Shown: in pieces, positions 9,585-17,615 of the stretch
Layout: each line of letters starts with the position of its first letter
How positions within the stretch are numbered: position 1 is the stretch's first letter
Origin: an uncultured Candidatus Saccharibacteria bacterium
GTDB taxonomy: Bacteria; Patescibacteriota; Minisyncoccia; Phycocordibacterales; PALSA-1337
Assembly: GCA_964558375.1 (NCBI GenBank)
Contig: CAZLCD010000003.1
Coordinates: 155-64,154, forward strand
Direction of reading: 5' to 3'
DNA length: 64,000 nt
The notes under the pieces: model-generated
The model's database searches: none
What the model was told of the DNA's origin: nothing
The model's input: the letters and a program-made list of their open reading frames with translations, nothing else
Translations under genes and position numbers: made by a program

Positions 9585-9742
9585 GTCAATAATTAATTAA
9601 TAATCCGTGTATGATAGCAAAAAGTTATTAAGAAAAGATAAAGAAAAACTTAAGATTTGATAAAGATTCGCATTTCACAATAAAATTACTAGAATCGACA
9701 AAACCATACCATAATATATACTACGGTAACTTTGTATAAAGT

Positions 9743-10375
9743 TTAAAATCTCAGTAACGTCTTCACCCCCTCCATATCCCCACTCCACACCTTCCCATCA
9801 AACCATTCCATTCCTGAAAATTGTAGTTTATAGGTATCTGTAGGTCTTTGAAGTGAACCTAGATATACATACTGTAAACCATTAGCTTGAGCATATTCTA
9901 TTGCCTTAATCATCATAATCAACCCCATGTCTTTTGAAGCTTTTTCTAAATCATAGAAGGGATATGAATAGTGAAGAATAGAATTATTTTTGTAGCAGAT
10001 AGCGTAACCAAAATCCGAAAAAGAAAAGAGGGTATTGAAGTTATGCTCCTCAGTCAGTAGAACTTTTATTTTATTAACCGAGAAAGACCCACCAGCTTTT
10101 TTGTCATAAAAGTCTTTAGCGAACTTGCCTAGTTGCCAATCATATTTTAAATAGGGAATTGTATTTTCTTTAATAACAATTTCCTCTCCCTTTTTAAGAA
10201 TCCTTCGATTCTCACTTGATAATGAAAACTTTTTTAAATCTATTCGTACACTTCTTGTCTGATGCATTACTCCTTTATCTATACGAGTAAATACAAAACC
10301 TTCATTGTATAGACGAGAGATATTTTCTGGTGAATGATCCGTAATTTTTTCCTGAGCCCAATTTAAATAATTCAT
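9743..10375 (-). CDS. arginyl/leucyl-tRNA--protein transferase-like protein (ATE/Bpt C-terminal domain, GNAT-like)
   Basis: C-terminal LQYVYLGSLQRPTDTYKLQFSGMEWFDGKVW resembles the ATE_C signature (YLYLGYYI..C.KM.YK..F.P.E.L…W). Trimmed to MNYLNWAQ so it abuts the mraY stop at 10378. The eukaryotic N-terminal CGYC motif is not seen. Confidence 0.45.
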   Translation of the reverse strand: MNYLNWAQEKITDHSPENISRLYNEGFVFTRIDKGVMHQTRSVRIDLKKFSLSSENRRILKKGEEIVIKENTIPYLKYDWQLGKFAKDFYDKKAGGSFSVNKIKVLLTEEHNFNTLFSFSDFGYAICYKNNSILHYSYPFYDLEKASKDMGLIMMIKAIEYAQANGLQYVYLGSLQRPTDTYKLQFSGMEWFDGKVWSGDMEGVKTLLRF

Positions 10376-10377
10376 AA

Positions 10378-11505
10378 TTAATGAAGAGCTAGCCAAACAC
10401 CAAAGATTACGAAGACAAAGTGAATAATCCAAAAGCGCATAATGGTCTTCTCTTCACTCCAACCTTTGATTTCAAAATGATGATGTATCGGTGCCATTTT
10501 AAATATTCTGCGACCAAGGATGTATTTGCCGGCGATCTGGATTATGACAGTTAGAGCCTCCACATAAAATAAAAATCCCAAAAAGAAAATCGAACCGATC
10601 TCGCCAATGGCGATAGTGTTGACGGCAAAGAGCGCGCCAAGTCCGAGAGATCCCACGTCTCCCATCATAAATCTGGCGGGCTTTATATTGAAATATGTAT
10701 AAGCGATAAGGGCACCAACGACTGTGGAGTTCAGTATTGCAAGCTCTCCAAAGCCGTTGGTCCAACTGAGAAGGGTAAGTGCACTAAAAGAAAAAATAAG
10801 CATACCTCCAGCGAGACCGTCCATACCGTCGGCGATATTTACAGCGTTCGCAGTAAACATCACAATGAGGATGATGATGGGGATTATGAGCCAGCCAGCG
10901 TATATTTCGTAATTAAAAGGGAAATAAATATAATGCCAAGCTGTTCCTAGTTTGTCATATATCCACCATGCGGTGATACTTCCTGCAGCAAACTGTAATA
11001 GAAGCTTTTCGTGAACATGTACACCCTTGTATGTTCTCGAACCTATCCACACCGAAGTTCTTTTAAAAATTGACCAAGGCAAGGTGATGATATACCAAAT
11101 CCTCATCTTGAGATCACGATGCACACTTATCAATTTGAAAATCTGAGAAAGCTTTCGGGAGCGACGTTCTGAGCCGAAAATATTTAAAAGATCGTCGATC
11201 GCTCCAAGCATTGCAGAGAACATCATCACTCCTATAGGCACCCAAGTATAACCTCTAGACCAGTTCAAAAAATATGTAATGATAGCCACGGTCACTATGA
11301 TGAGCAAGCCACCCATGACAGGTGTATTTTCTTTGCCTTTCTGAGAATCAATGATACTGAGCTCATTCTTTGCGCCTTTGAAGATACGAAAGTGGTAAAG
11401 TCTATTTATAAGAAAAGGTGACCAAGCAAAAGCCAAGACACAAGAAAGCAGTGTAAAACCAAGTATAAAGGCTAAATCGGCTGTACCTTCAAGTATACTT
11501 ATCAT
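10378..11505 (-). CDS. mraY: phospho-N-acetylmuramoyl-pentapeptide-transferase
   Basis: Motifs NAVNIADGMDGLAGG, MGDVGSLGLGA and PIHHHFE, with 10 predicted TM helices over 375 aa. Confidence 0.9.
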   Translation of the reverse strand: MISILEGTADLAFILGFTLLSCVLAFAWSPFLINRLYHFRIFKGAKNELSIIDSQKGKENTPVMGGLLIIVTVAIITYFLNWSRGYTWVPIGVMMFSAMLGAIDDLLNIFGSERRSRKLSQIFKLISVHRDLKMRIWYIITLPWSIFKRTSVWIGSRTYKGVHVHEKLLLQFAAGSITAWWIYDKLGTAWHYIYFPFNYEIYAGWLIIPIIILIVMFTANAVNIADGMDGLAGGMLIFSFSALTLLSWTNGFGELAILNSTVVGALIAYTYFNIKPARFMMGDVGSLGLGALFAVNTIAIGEIGSIFFLGFLFYVEALTVIIQIAGKYILGRRIFKMAPIHHHFEIKGWSEEKTIMRFWIIHFVFVIFGVWLALH

Positions 11506-11546
11506 TGCTCTAGACTAACACAAAATATCTCGCTTTTCTACTTTAT

Positions 11547-11555
11547 TGTGATAAT
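11547..11555 (+). promoter_or_regulatory. extended -10 element TGTGATAAT, 8 nt upstream of ATG 11564
   Basis: TGnGATAAT lies immediately before the start codon with no Shine-Dalgarno sequence, suggesting a leaderless transcript. Confidence 0.35.
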
Positions 11556-11563
11556 CTAATACT

Positions 11564-12340
11564 ATGAATACTAAGTTTATTAGCGACAAATCAAGAGAGA
11601 TTATTGATCAATACAAAAACTTTTCTATAGGTCAGGCCAGCTGTTCCATACCGTATTTTAATAATCGCACCCTAGGTACCAAAGGAGCATTGCGCGCTGA
11701 AGTTGGAAAGGGTAGCCCCTCAGATATATCTGAAGAAATCGAGCATCTTTCTTTAAAAAATAAAATAAAATTAAACACTCTGACATCGGAAGAATTGAAA
11801 AAACTGCTTGTGGATAACAATATCGGTATCGATTGCTCTGGGCTTGCTTATTATATTTTAAATGAAGAAAGTTTATCCAGAAAAAAGGGTGCTTTGGCTA
11901 GTCATATTAATTTTGTAAATGCTGGTGGATTGTGGAGAATTTTCCGAGCCAAGTTTATGCCTGAGAAAAATATAGATGTTTTGACTTTGGCTCACAATAA
12001 AAACAGTAAAGTCATTGCCCTTAAAGAAATAGAGCCGGGAGATATTGTGACTATGGTTAATGGAGAAAATAATGGGGAGCGCAATCATATTTTGATTATC
12101 AATCAAATCGAGTATCAAAATTTCTTACCTATAACCCTTCACTATGTACATTCTGTAGCTTGGCCTACTGACGGTGAATATGGTCATGGAATTCACGAGG
12201 GTAAAATAGAAATATTAGATTTGGAAAAGAATTTAATTGATCAAAGATGGATTGAAAATGGAAAAGAGGGTGAAGAAAACTACACTCATATGAGAGCTAA
12301 AAAATCTACAACGGAATTAAGAAGACTTTTCTGGTTCTAG
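11564..12340 (+). CDS. NlpC/P60-family (papain-like) peptidase-like protein
   Basis: Catalytic-Cys context IGIDCSGLAYYIL and downstream His context GDIVTMV…GERNHILIINQI are arranged as in NlpC/P60/CHAP cell-wall hydrolases. Confidence 0.45.
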   Translation: MNTKFISDKSREIIDQYKNFSIGQASCSIPYFNNRTLGTKGALRAEVGKGSPSDISEEIEHLSLKNKIKLNTLTSEELKKLLVDNNIGIDCSGLAYYILNEESLSRKKGALASHINFVNAGGLWRIFRAKFMPEKNIDVLTLAHNKNSKVIALKEIEPGDIVTMVNGENNGERNHILIINQIEYQNFLPITLHYVHSVAWPTDGEYGHGIHEGKIEILDLEKNLIDQRWIENGKEGEENYTHMRAKKSTTELRRLFWF

Positions 12341-13540
12341 ATCTGGTTCTAGATTATAAAGTAAATTCAAAATCTCCTTGCCTCGACTATTGAGCTTGTT
12401 GTGAGTTTCCATGATGCCTCGAGAACTTCTGATTCTTATAAAATCCAAATTGGGCTTGAAGTTTGGATATTTTATTACTTCATAACCTGCTTCTATAAGC
12501 TTTTTGTCTTCCAAATCTTTGGATGTGGATGTAACCCTCTGCACTATTTGTGCACCATCGTTTATGGGTATAATTTTCATTTCACCTGCATTATTCAAGA
12601 GCGCATCAATATGTATTTCAAATATTGTATTACCTTCCAAACCAATCTTTTTCTGTAAATGAGATTCATAAGTTGTCGAGGCTGGCTGCCTAGCATTTAT
12701 TTCGATCAAGTGTATCTCATCTCTTTCTTCATCAAGGATTACGTCTATGCCAAAAAGGCCTTTCCATCCAGATATGCGCATTTTTTCTGCGATTTTATGG
12801 GCGATTGCATCTATTTTTCCTAGCTGTGCCTCAGTCAAAATAGTATGAGGTAGTGCCCAATCATTACCTATTGTACTAAAAACATTTTCTGTAAAAGGGA
12901 GCATGCCGGTAATCTGATAGCTCAAATTGCCCAGAACAGCGTCCGAGCCGGAAACTACTATGTTCATAGTGAACATCGGTCCTTTTATAAAGTCACTAAT
13001 TCTCGCTTCTCGATGAGGGAATTTGTCTTGCAAAAATTTCAATTCCTCCGCATTTCTTATAAGCACCGTACCTTCTCCGGTGTGTCCATGTGACCATTGC
13101 AAAATGAATGGCTTTTTCTGCCACATCACATCCTTGGTAAAAGTAATAGAGTGAGGCGGAAGCAAAGATGACAATTCTCCTAGCCATTTTACTTGAGAAA
13201 TTTTGTTCTCCACAATATCTGAAAGCTCGGCGCTAGGGTTTAGTAATTTCCAATTTTTATTTTTACAAAATTCCTCAATGTGTATAGTGTTTTTGAAAAC
13301 CAAAACATGGGCATTGTGCTTGGGTACAAGTGCTGCCGTTTCTGGTAAGGTCAATAATTCATATGTGTCGAGTAGTGAAGGGGATTCTACTATATGAACA
13401 TTATCAGGATATTTTTCTTTTATGGTAATGGAGTAGGGAGTTTTGTTGGTTAAAATAAAATAATTATCCACAGGCTCTTGCGCCAAGGCTCGCTCGATTT
13501 CTCTTGTGATGTATAGGATGTTTGGAGATTTTGATGACAT
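12317..13540 (-). CDS. ATP-grasp family ligase (carboxylate-amine ligase)
   Basis: KKPFILQWSHGHTGEGTVLIRNAEE (KP..GS.G.GV loop) and GIDVILDEERDEIHLIEINARQPAST (Mg/ATP-binding E-x-N), with a pre-ATP-grasp N-terminal domain. Confidence 0.6.
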   Translation of the reverse strand: MSSKSPNILYITREIERALAQEPVDNYFILTNKTPYSITIKEKYPDNVHIVESPSLLDTYELLTLPETAALVPKHNAHVLVFKNTIHIEEFCKNKNWKLLNPSAELSDIVENKISQVKWLGELSSLLPPHSITFTKDVMWQKKPFILQWSHGHTGEGTVLIRNAEELKFLQDKFPHREARISDFIKGPMFTMNIVVSGSDAVLGNLSYQITGMLPFTENVFSTIGNDWALPHTILTEAQLGKIDAIAHKIAEKMRISGWKGLFGIDVILDEERDEIHLIEINARQPASTTYESHLQKKIGLEGNTIFEIHIDALLNNAGEMKIIPINDGAQIVQRVTSTSKDLEDKKLIEAGYEVIKYPNFKPNLDFIRIRSSRGIMETHNKLNSRGKEILNLLYNLEPDLEPEKSS

Positions 13541-13624
13541 TGCTCTAGTTTAGTATATTTAAATTTTATGTCTACTGATTTTGGGCAAAGGCAATTCCCC
13601 GATGAGTTTTTAGTTCTCGGGGAA

Positions 13625-14011
13625 TTATTGTATGTAAAGTCCCTTAATTCTCAATGCGAATATTCTGCACTCGCTACTCAAAGACAATCTAAGTTTACCC
13701 TCTTTGGATATAATCCTGAGGATATCAATCGTTCTTGATGGTAATATGGCGATTGGTCTTCCGAAGTACATAACTCCTTTGATGAATAAACTTCCTTGTA
13801 CTGGGATCCAAATATCGTTTACCATTTTAATTTTAATTATCCAAGAGATATCAGCTCTCAGATTCAAAATGTTACCATCTTGGACTGAAGGTCTCAATAA
13901 ACCAACTTCTCCTATTGAGTTTTCAAGACTACCGTCTGGGCCGTAGCTCCTGAGATGTAAAGTTGATGTTTTTCTGTAGGGTGCAATTTTTTCTTCTAAT
14001 GTTTTGTTCAT
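13625..14011 (-). CDS. hypothetical protein (128 aa)
   Basis: ORF with a good Shine-Dalgarno sequence (GAAAGGAGAC, 9 nt upstream of ATG on the minus strand). No motif recognised. Confidence 0.35.
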   Translation of the reverse strand: MNKTLEEKIAPYRKTSTLHLRSYGPDGSLENSIGEVGLLRPSVQDGNILNLRADISWIIKIKMVNDIWIPVQGSLFIKGVMYFGRPIAILPSRTIDILRIISKEGKLRLSLSSECRIFALRIKGLYIQ

Positions 14012-14088
14012 CGTAACCGTCTCCTTTCTGGTATAATGTTAGCATATTAAGGTATAATTACTAACAACTAAAATTTTAATATAAAAAT

Positions 14089-14304
14089 ATGTCAAAAAGA
14101 CAATGGCTTAGCATAATGGGTGTATGGGTGATCATAGTTCCTTTCCTAGGCTTCTTGGAATTTTGGAATCAGGTAATTGCTGCTGTTTCTGGTCTAGTGA
14201 TTGTTGCTATTTCATATAATCTTCCTCCAGAAACTAGAAAGTCAGGCGGACCCGGCAGCGTCTTTGTAGAAAATAGTAAAAGTGATAATACAAATCAAAC
14301 ATAG
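14089..14304 (+). CDS. small membrane protein (two TM helices)
   Basis: 71-aa ORF with two hydrophobic helices. Preceded by TGGTATAAT (14029-14037), GGTATAAT (14051-14058) and TAATAT 6 nt before the ATG. Confidence 0.3.
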   Translation: MSKRQWLSIMGVWVIIVPFLGFLEFWNQVIAAVSGLVIVAISYNLPPETRKSGGPGSVFVENSKSDNTNQT

Positions 14305-14307
14305 ATC

Positions 14308-15471
14308 ATGAAAATAGGGGCTGTAAGTTTTATCGTCATAGGAATATTTGCACTAAGTACAGCTATCGGTTTTTTTGTCCCATTTAAATATGATACTAAA
14401 GATGACTATATAAATGATTCTCTAAGCCTCAATCCTTCAAGTGTGATCGAAGCTGTGACCCTACCTCCACCTTTCAAAGTCACTCATATCGAAACTCCTA
14501 CAGCAGTGAAGGCTTTGTATATGTCTAGCTGGGTAGCGGGTAATGAAAAATTGAGAAGTAATCTTCTGAATATCATCGAGTCTTCAGAGTTGAATTCTGT
14601 GGTTATAGATATAAAAGATTATTCTGGGAAAATTAGCTTTCGTGTTCAAAATGAAAAATTGAAAGAATTTAATTCTACAGAGAATAGAATTTCTGATATC
14701 AAAGAATTTATCGGTAGGCTTCATGATAAAGGGATATATGTCATAGGTCGCATATCAGTTTTTCAAGATTCTTTTCTTGTAAAGACTCATCCAGAATATG
14801 CAGTGAAGAATAAAGCCGGCGAAGTCTGGAAAGATTATAAAGGAGTAAGTTGGCTCGATGCTGGAGCTCGAGGTGTGTGGGATTATATAGCCCTGATCGG
14901 TGACGAGGCTTATTCTGTAGGCTTCGATGAATTAAATTTCGATTATATTCGTTTTCCTTCCGATGGAAATATGCTCGATATTAGTTATCCTTTCAGTCAA
15001 GGTAAAGTTAAATCTCTTGCACTCAAAGAATTCTTTGCTTTTCTCGATAATTATTTTCGTCCAAAGAACATTCCTATATCGGCCGATCTATTTGGTATGA
15101 CTACTTCCAATAGCGATGACTTGGGTATCGGACAAATCCTAGAACATGCTTTAGCACACTTCGACTTCGTCGCGCCTATGGTCTATCCATCTCACTATCC
15201 TAAAAATTTTAATGGTTACACAAAGCCTGCAGAAAAACCTTATGAAGTTATTTCTTATGCAATGTCGAGAGGGGTGCAGAAAGCAGTTAATGCAAGTACT
15301 ACTCCTCTGAAACTTCGACCTTGGATTCAAGACTTTAGTATCGGCGGAACCATCTATACTCCAGAAATGGTACGTGCGCAGATCACTGCAACTTATGATG
15401 TAGGTCTTACAAGTTGGATGCTTTGGAACGCTTCGAATGTATACACAGTCTCTGCTCTTGACACAAAGTAA
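14308..15471 (+). CDS. membrane-anchored TIM-barrel glycoside-hydrolase-like protein (GHL/DUF4015-like)
   Basis: N-terminal TM helix, then KALYMSSWVAGNE…LNSVVIDIKDYSGKISF…GIYVIGRISVFQD…NFDYIRFP, a pattern recalled from putative glycoside hydrolase-like families. Call made by resemblance only. Confidence 0.35.
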   Translation: MKIGAVSFIVIGIFALSTAIGFFVPFKYDTKDDYINDSLSLNPSSVIEAVTLPPPFKVTHIETPTAVKALYMSSWVAGNEKLRSNLLNIIESSELNSVVIDIKDYSGKISFRVQNEKLKEFNSTENRISDIKEFIGRLHDKGIYVIGRISVFQDSFLVKTHPEYAVKNKAGEVWKDYKGVSWLDAGARGVWDYIALIGDEAYSVGFDELNFDYIRFPSDGNMLDISYPFSQGKVKSLALKEFFAFLDNYFRPKNIPISADLFGMTTSNSDDLGIGQILEHALAHFDFVAPMVYPSHYPKNFNGYTKPAEKPYEVISYAMSRGVQKAVNASTTPLKLRPWIQDFSIGGTIYTPEMVRAQITATYDVGLTSWMLWNASNVYTVSALDTK

Positions 15472-15479
15472 TAGCGGAG

Positions 15480-15830
15480 TAAGATTAGTATCCGGATGGT
15501 TGTGTTCTCGCAAAAGGAGGGGAATACTGTTGTACATCTACACGGTTCAACAAAACTAAAACAATTAGCACAAAACTGTTATGGCAAGTAATGGCGATAG
15601 AAATGGTATTCGTGCCAAAGCTACTTCAGTTCAAATTCTGCACGGTCCTGTTCGTAAGGACAAACTCGAACTTTCCAGGACGGAAAGGGTAGAACGTGAA
15701 AAAACCAACCTCATAATGATGGCGAATCTGGTAACTAACGGACAGCCAGTGCCAAGATAAACAAAACAACACCCGGCGGGCTCGCAAGCTTTCTGGGCTG
15801 TTTTTTATATTAAACAAAATATGTTAAAAT
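15480..15830. ncRNA. candidate structured non-coding RNA (unclassified) in a GC-enriched 380-bp intergenic segment
   Basis: No credible ORF on the + strand (the 63-aa minus-strand ORF at 15626-15817 is judged a shadow ORF). Local GC is clearly above the flanks. Local stem potentials are present (GTTCG…CGAAC). Strings loosely resembling RNase P/SRP conserved blocks (GGACGGAAAGGG, CCAGTGCCAAGATAAAC, ACACCCGGCGGGCT) were seen but could not be assigned to a family by eye. Confidence 0.2.
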
Positions 15831-15853
15831 TCTATCCATAAAGAACTTTATAT

Positions 15854-17593
15854 ATGAACGAAGAAAGAGTTACATATTTTGGTCAAACAGACACTAGAAA
15901 TAAAAAGGTAAATTTTGGTATTAAAGCAAAAGATCGAACAAAACATGTTTATGTAATAGGAAAGACAGGTATGGGAAAGTCGACCTTACTTGAAAACATG
16001 GCAGTGCAGGATATTAAAAATGGTGAGGGAATTGCTTTTATAGATCCTCACGGCAAGACAGCTGAGCTACTTTTGGAATATGTGCCAGAGCATAGAATGA
16101 AGGATGTGGTGTACTTTGCGCCATTCGATACAGATTTCCCAGTTTCTTTTAATGTACTTGAAAGTGTAGATCCAGACAAAAGGCATTTGGTGGTTTCTGG
16201 ACTTATGAGTACATTTAAGAAAATCTGGCAAGATGCTTGGTCGGCTAGAATGGAATATATTTTGACAAATACCTTACTGGCACTTCTTGAATATCCAGAA
16301 GCAACCCTTTTGGGAGTGAATAGAATGCTCTCTGATAAGGCTTTTAGGAATCAAGTAGTAGCTTGTGTGACCGATTCTTCTGTGAAGGCTTTCTGGACTC
16401 AAGAATTTGCAAATTATACAGAGAGAATGGCCGCAGAAGCTGTGCCTGCTATTCAAAACAAGATCGGGCAGTTTACTGCCAATGCTCTGATAAGAAATAT
16501 GATAGGGCAACCAAAATCCTCTTTTGATATTCGAAAAATGATGGATGAAAGTAAGATCTTCATTATTAACCTTTCAAAAGGGCGCATCGGTGAGTCCAAT
16601 GCCAATCTCTTGGGTGGTATGCTTATTACAAAGATCTATCTTGCAGCTCTTTCTCGTGCGGACATTCCAGATAGGGTGTTGAAAACTTTGCCAAACTTCT
16701 ATCTTTTCGTTGACGAGTTCCAATCTTTCGCAAATGAAAGTTTTGCGGATATTCTCTCTGAGGCTAGAAAATACAAGTTGAACTTAACTATGGCTCATCA
16801 GTATATTGAGCAAATGGAAGAAGAGGTTAGGGCAGCTGTCTTTGGTAACGTGGGAACTATGATTGTCTTTCGTGTAGGAGCTTTTGATGCAGAAGTTTTG
16901 GAAAAAGAATTTGCGCCACAATTTACTGCCGAAGATATTGTTAATCTTGGAATATTCCAAATCTATTTAAAATTAATGATTGATGGTATCAGTTCTTCAC
17001 CTTTTTCTGCTACGACTCTGCCTCCGATTGCAAAACCTGAGACTTCTAGTATGGATAAAGTGATAGAGAATTCTCGTGCTCAATATTCAAGACCTAGAGT
17101 TGATGTCGAGAAAAAGATCGATGAGTGGATGGCGCCGATGAAAGCTCAAGCTCCTACTCCAAGGCAAGGGCAATCTGGAACATCTACTCCATCAAAGCCT
17201 ATGCCACCAGTCACTCCTTCTCATACTCCTTCACCAATACCACAAAAGCCGGCTGAACCAGTTGTACCAATTCACCAGCATCCTCCTCAATCTGCGCCGG
17301 TTCAAGCTCCTACGCCAACTCCTTCTCATACATTTTCCAAACCTCCAGAGTCACCACAATCATCACAGCAACATCATTCAATTCCTTTACAATCACTAGC
17401 TCAAAAAGATTTTAAAAAAATCCCAGATCCTAAAAAGGTTAATGAATTGAAAGATGCCTTAGCTTCTATACTCTCACAACAAAAACCCAAAACAGAACCT
17501 AAAATTACAACCCCACTTCAAACAAATTCAGTACATCCAAAAACGAATGAAGTCCCCGAAGATGTACTTCGCAATGTTCTTAAGGTAGAGTAG
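15854..17593 (+). CDS. soluble TraD/TraG/VirD4-family-like P-loop ATPase (type IV secretion coupling-protein-like) with Pro/Ser/Thr/Gln-rich C-terminal tail
   Basis: Walker A VIGKTGMGKST. Walker B with a TraM-recognition-like block FYLFVDEFQSFANESFADILSEARKYKLNLTMAHQYIEQM. No N-terminal TM segments. C-terminal ~130 aa is low-complexity (PTPRQGQSGTSTPSKPMPPVTPSHTPSPIPQKPAEPVVP…). Confidence 0.45.
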   Translation: MNEERVTYFGQTDTRNKKVNFGIKAKDRTKHVYVIGKTGMGKSTLLENMAVQDIKNGEGIAFIDPHGKTAELLLEYVPEHRMKDVVYFAPFDTDFPVSFNVLESVDPDKRHLVVSGLMSTFKKIWQDAWSARMEYILTNTLLALLEYPEATLLGVNRMLSDKAFRNQVVACVTDSSVKAFWTQEFANYTERMAAEAVPAIQNKIGQFTANALIRNMIGQPKSSFDIRKMMDESKIFIINLSKGRIGESNANLLGGMLITKIYLAALSRADIPDRVLKTLPNFYLFVDEFQSFANESFADILSEARKYKLNLTMAHQYIEQMEEEVRAAVFGNVGTMIVFRVGAFDAEVLEKEFAPQFTAEDIVNLGIFQIYLKLMIDGISSSPFSATTLPPIAKPETSSMDKVIENSRAQYSRPRVDVEKKIDEWMAPMKAQAPTPRQGQSGTSTPSKPMPPVTPSHTPSPIPQKPAEPVVPIHQHPPQSAPVQAPTPTPSHTFSKPPESPQSSQQHHSIPLQSLAQKDFKKIPDPKKVNELKDALASILSQQKPKTEPKITTPLQTNSVHPKTNEVPEDVLRNVLKVE

Positions 17594-17615
17594 GGTTGTT
17601 TATAAAATAACTCAC

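Noticed and set aside
15480-15830. Assignment of the GC-rich intergenic segment to RNase P RNA, SRP RNA or tmRNA
   Set aside because: Short strings resembling the P4 (GGAAAG…/…ACAnAACCCGGC) and domain IV (…UUACCAG…GGAA…) consensus appear on both strands. However, the pairing partners and overall length do not fit either family consistently, and no tmRNA tag reading frame or 5'/3' acceptor-like pairing was found. Reported only as an unclassified candidate RNA.
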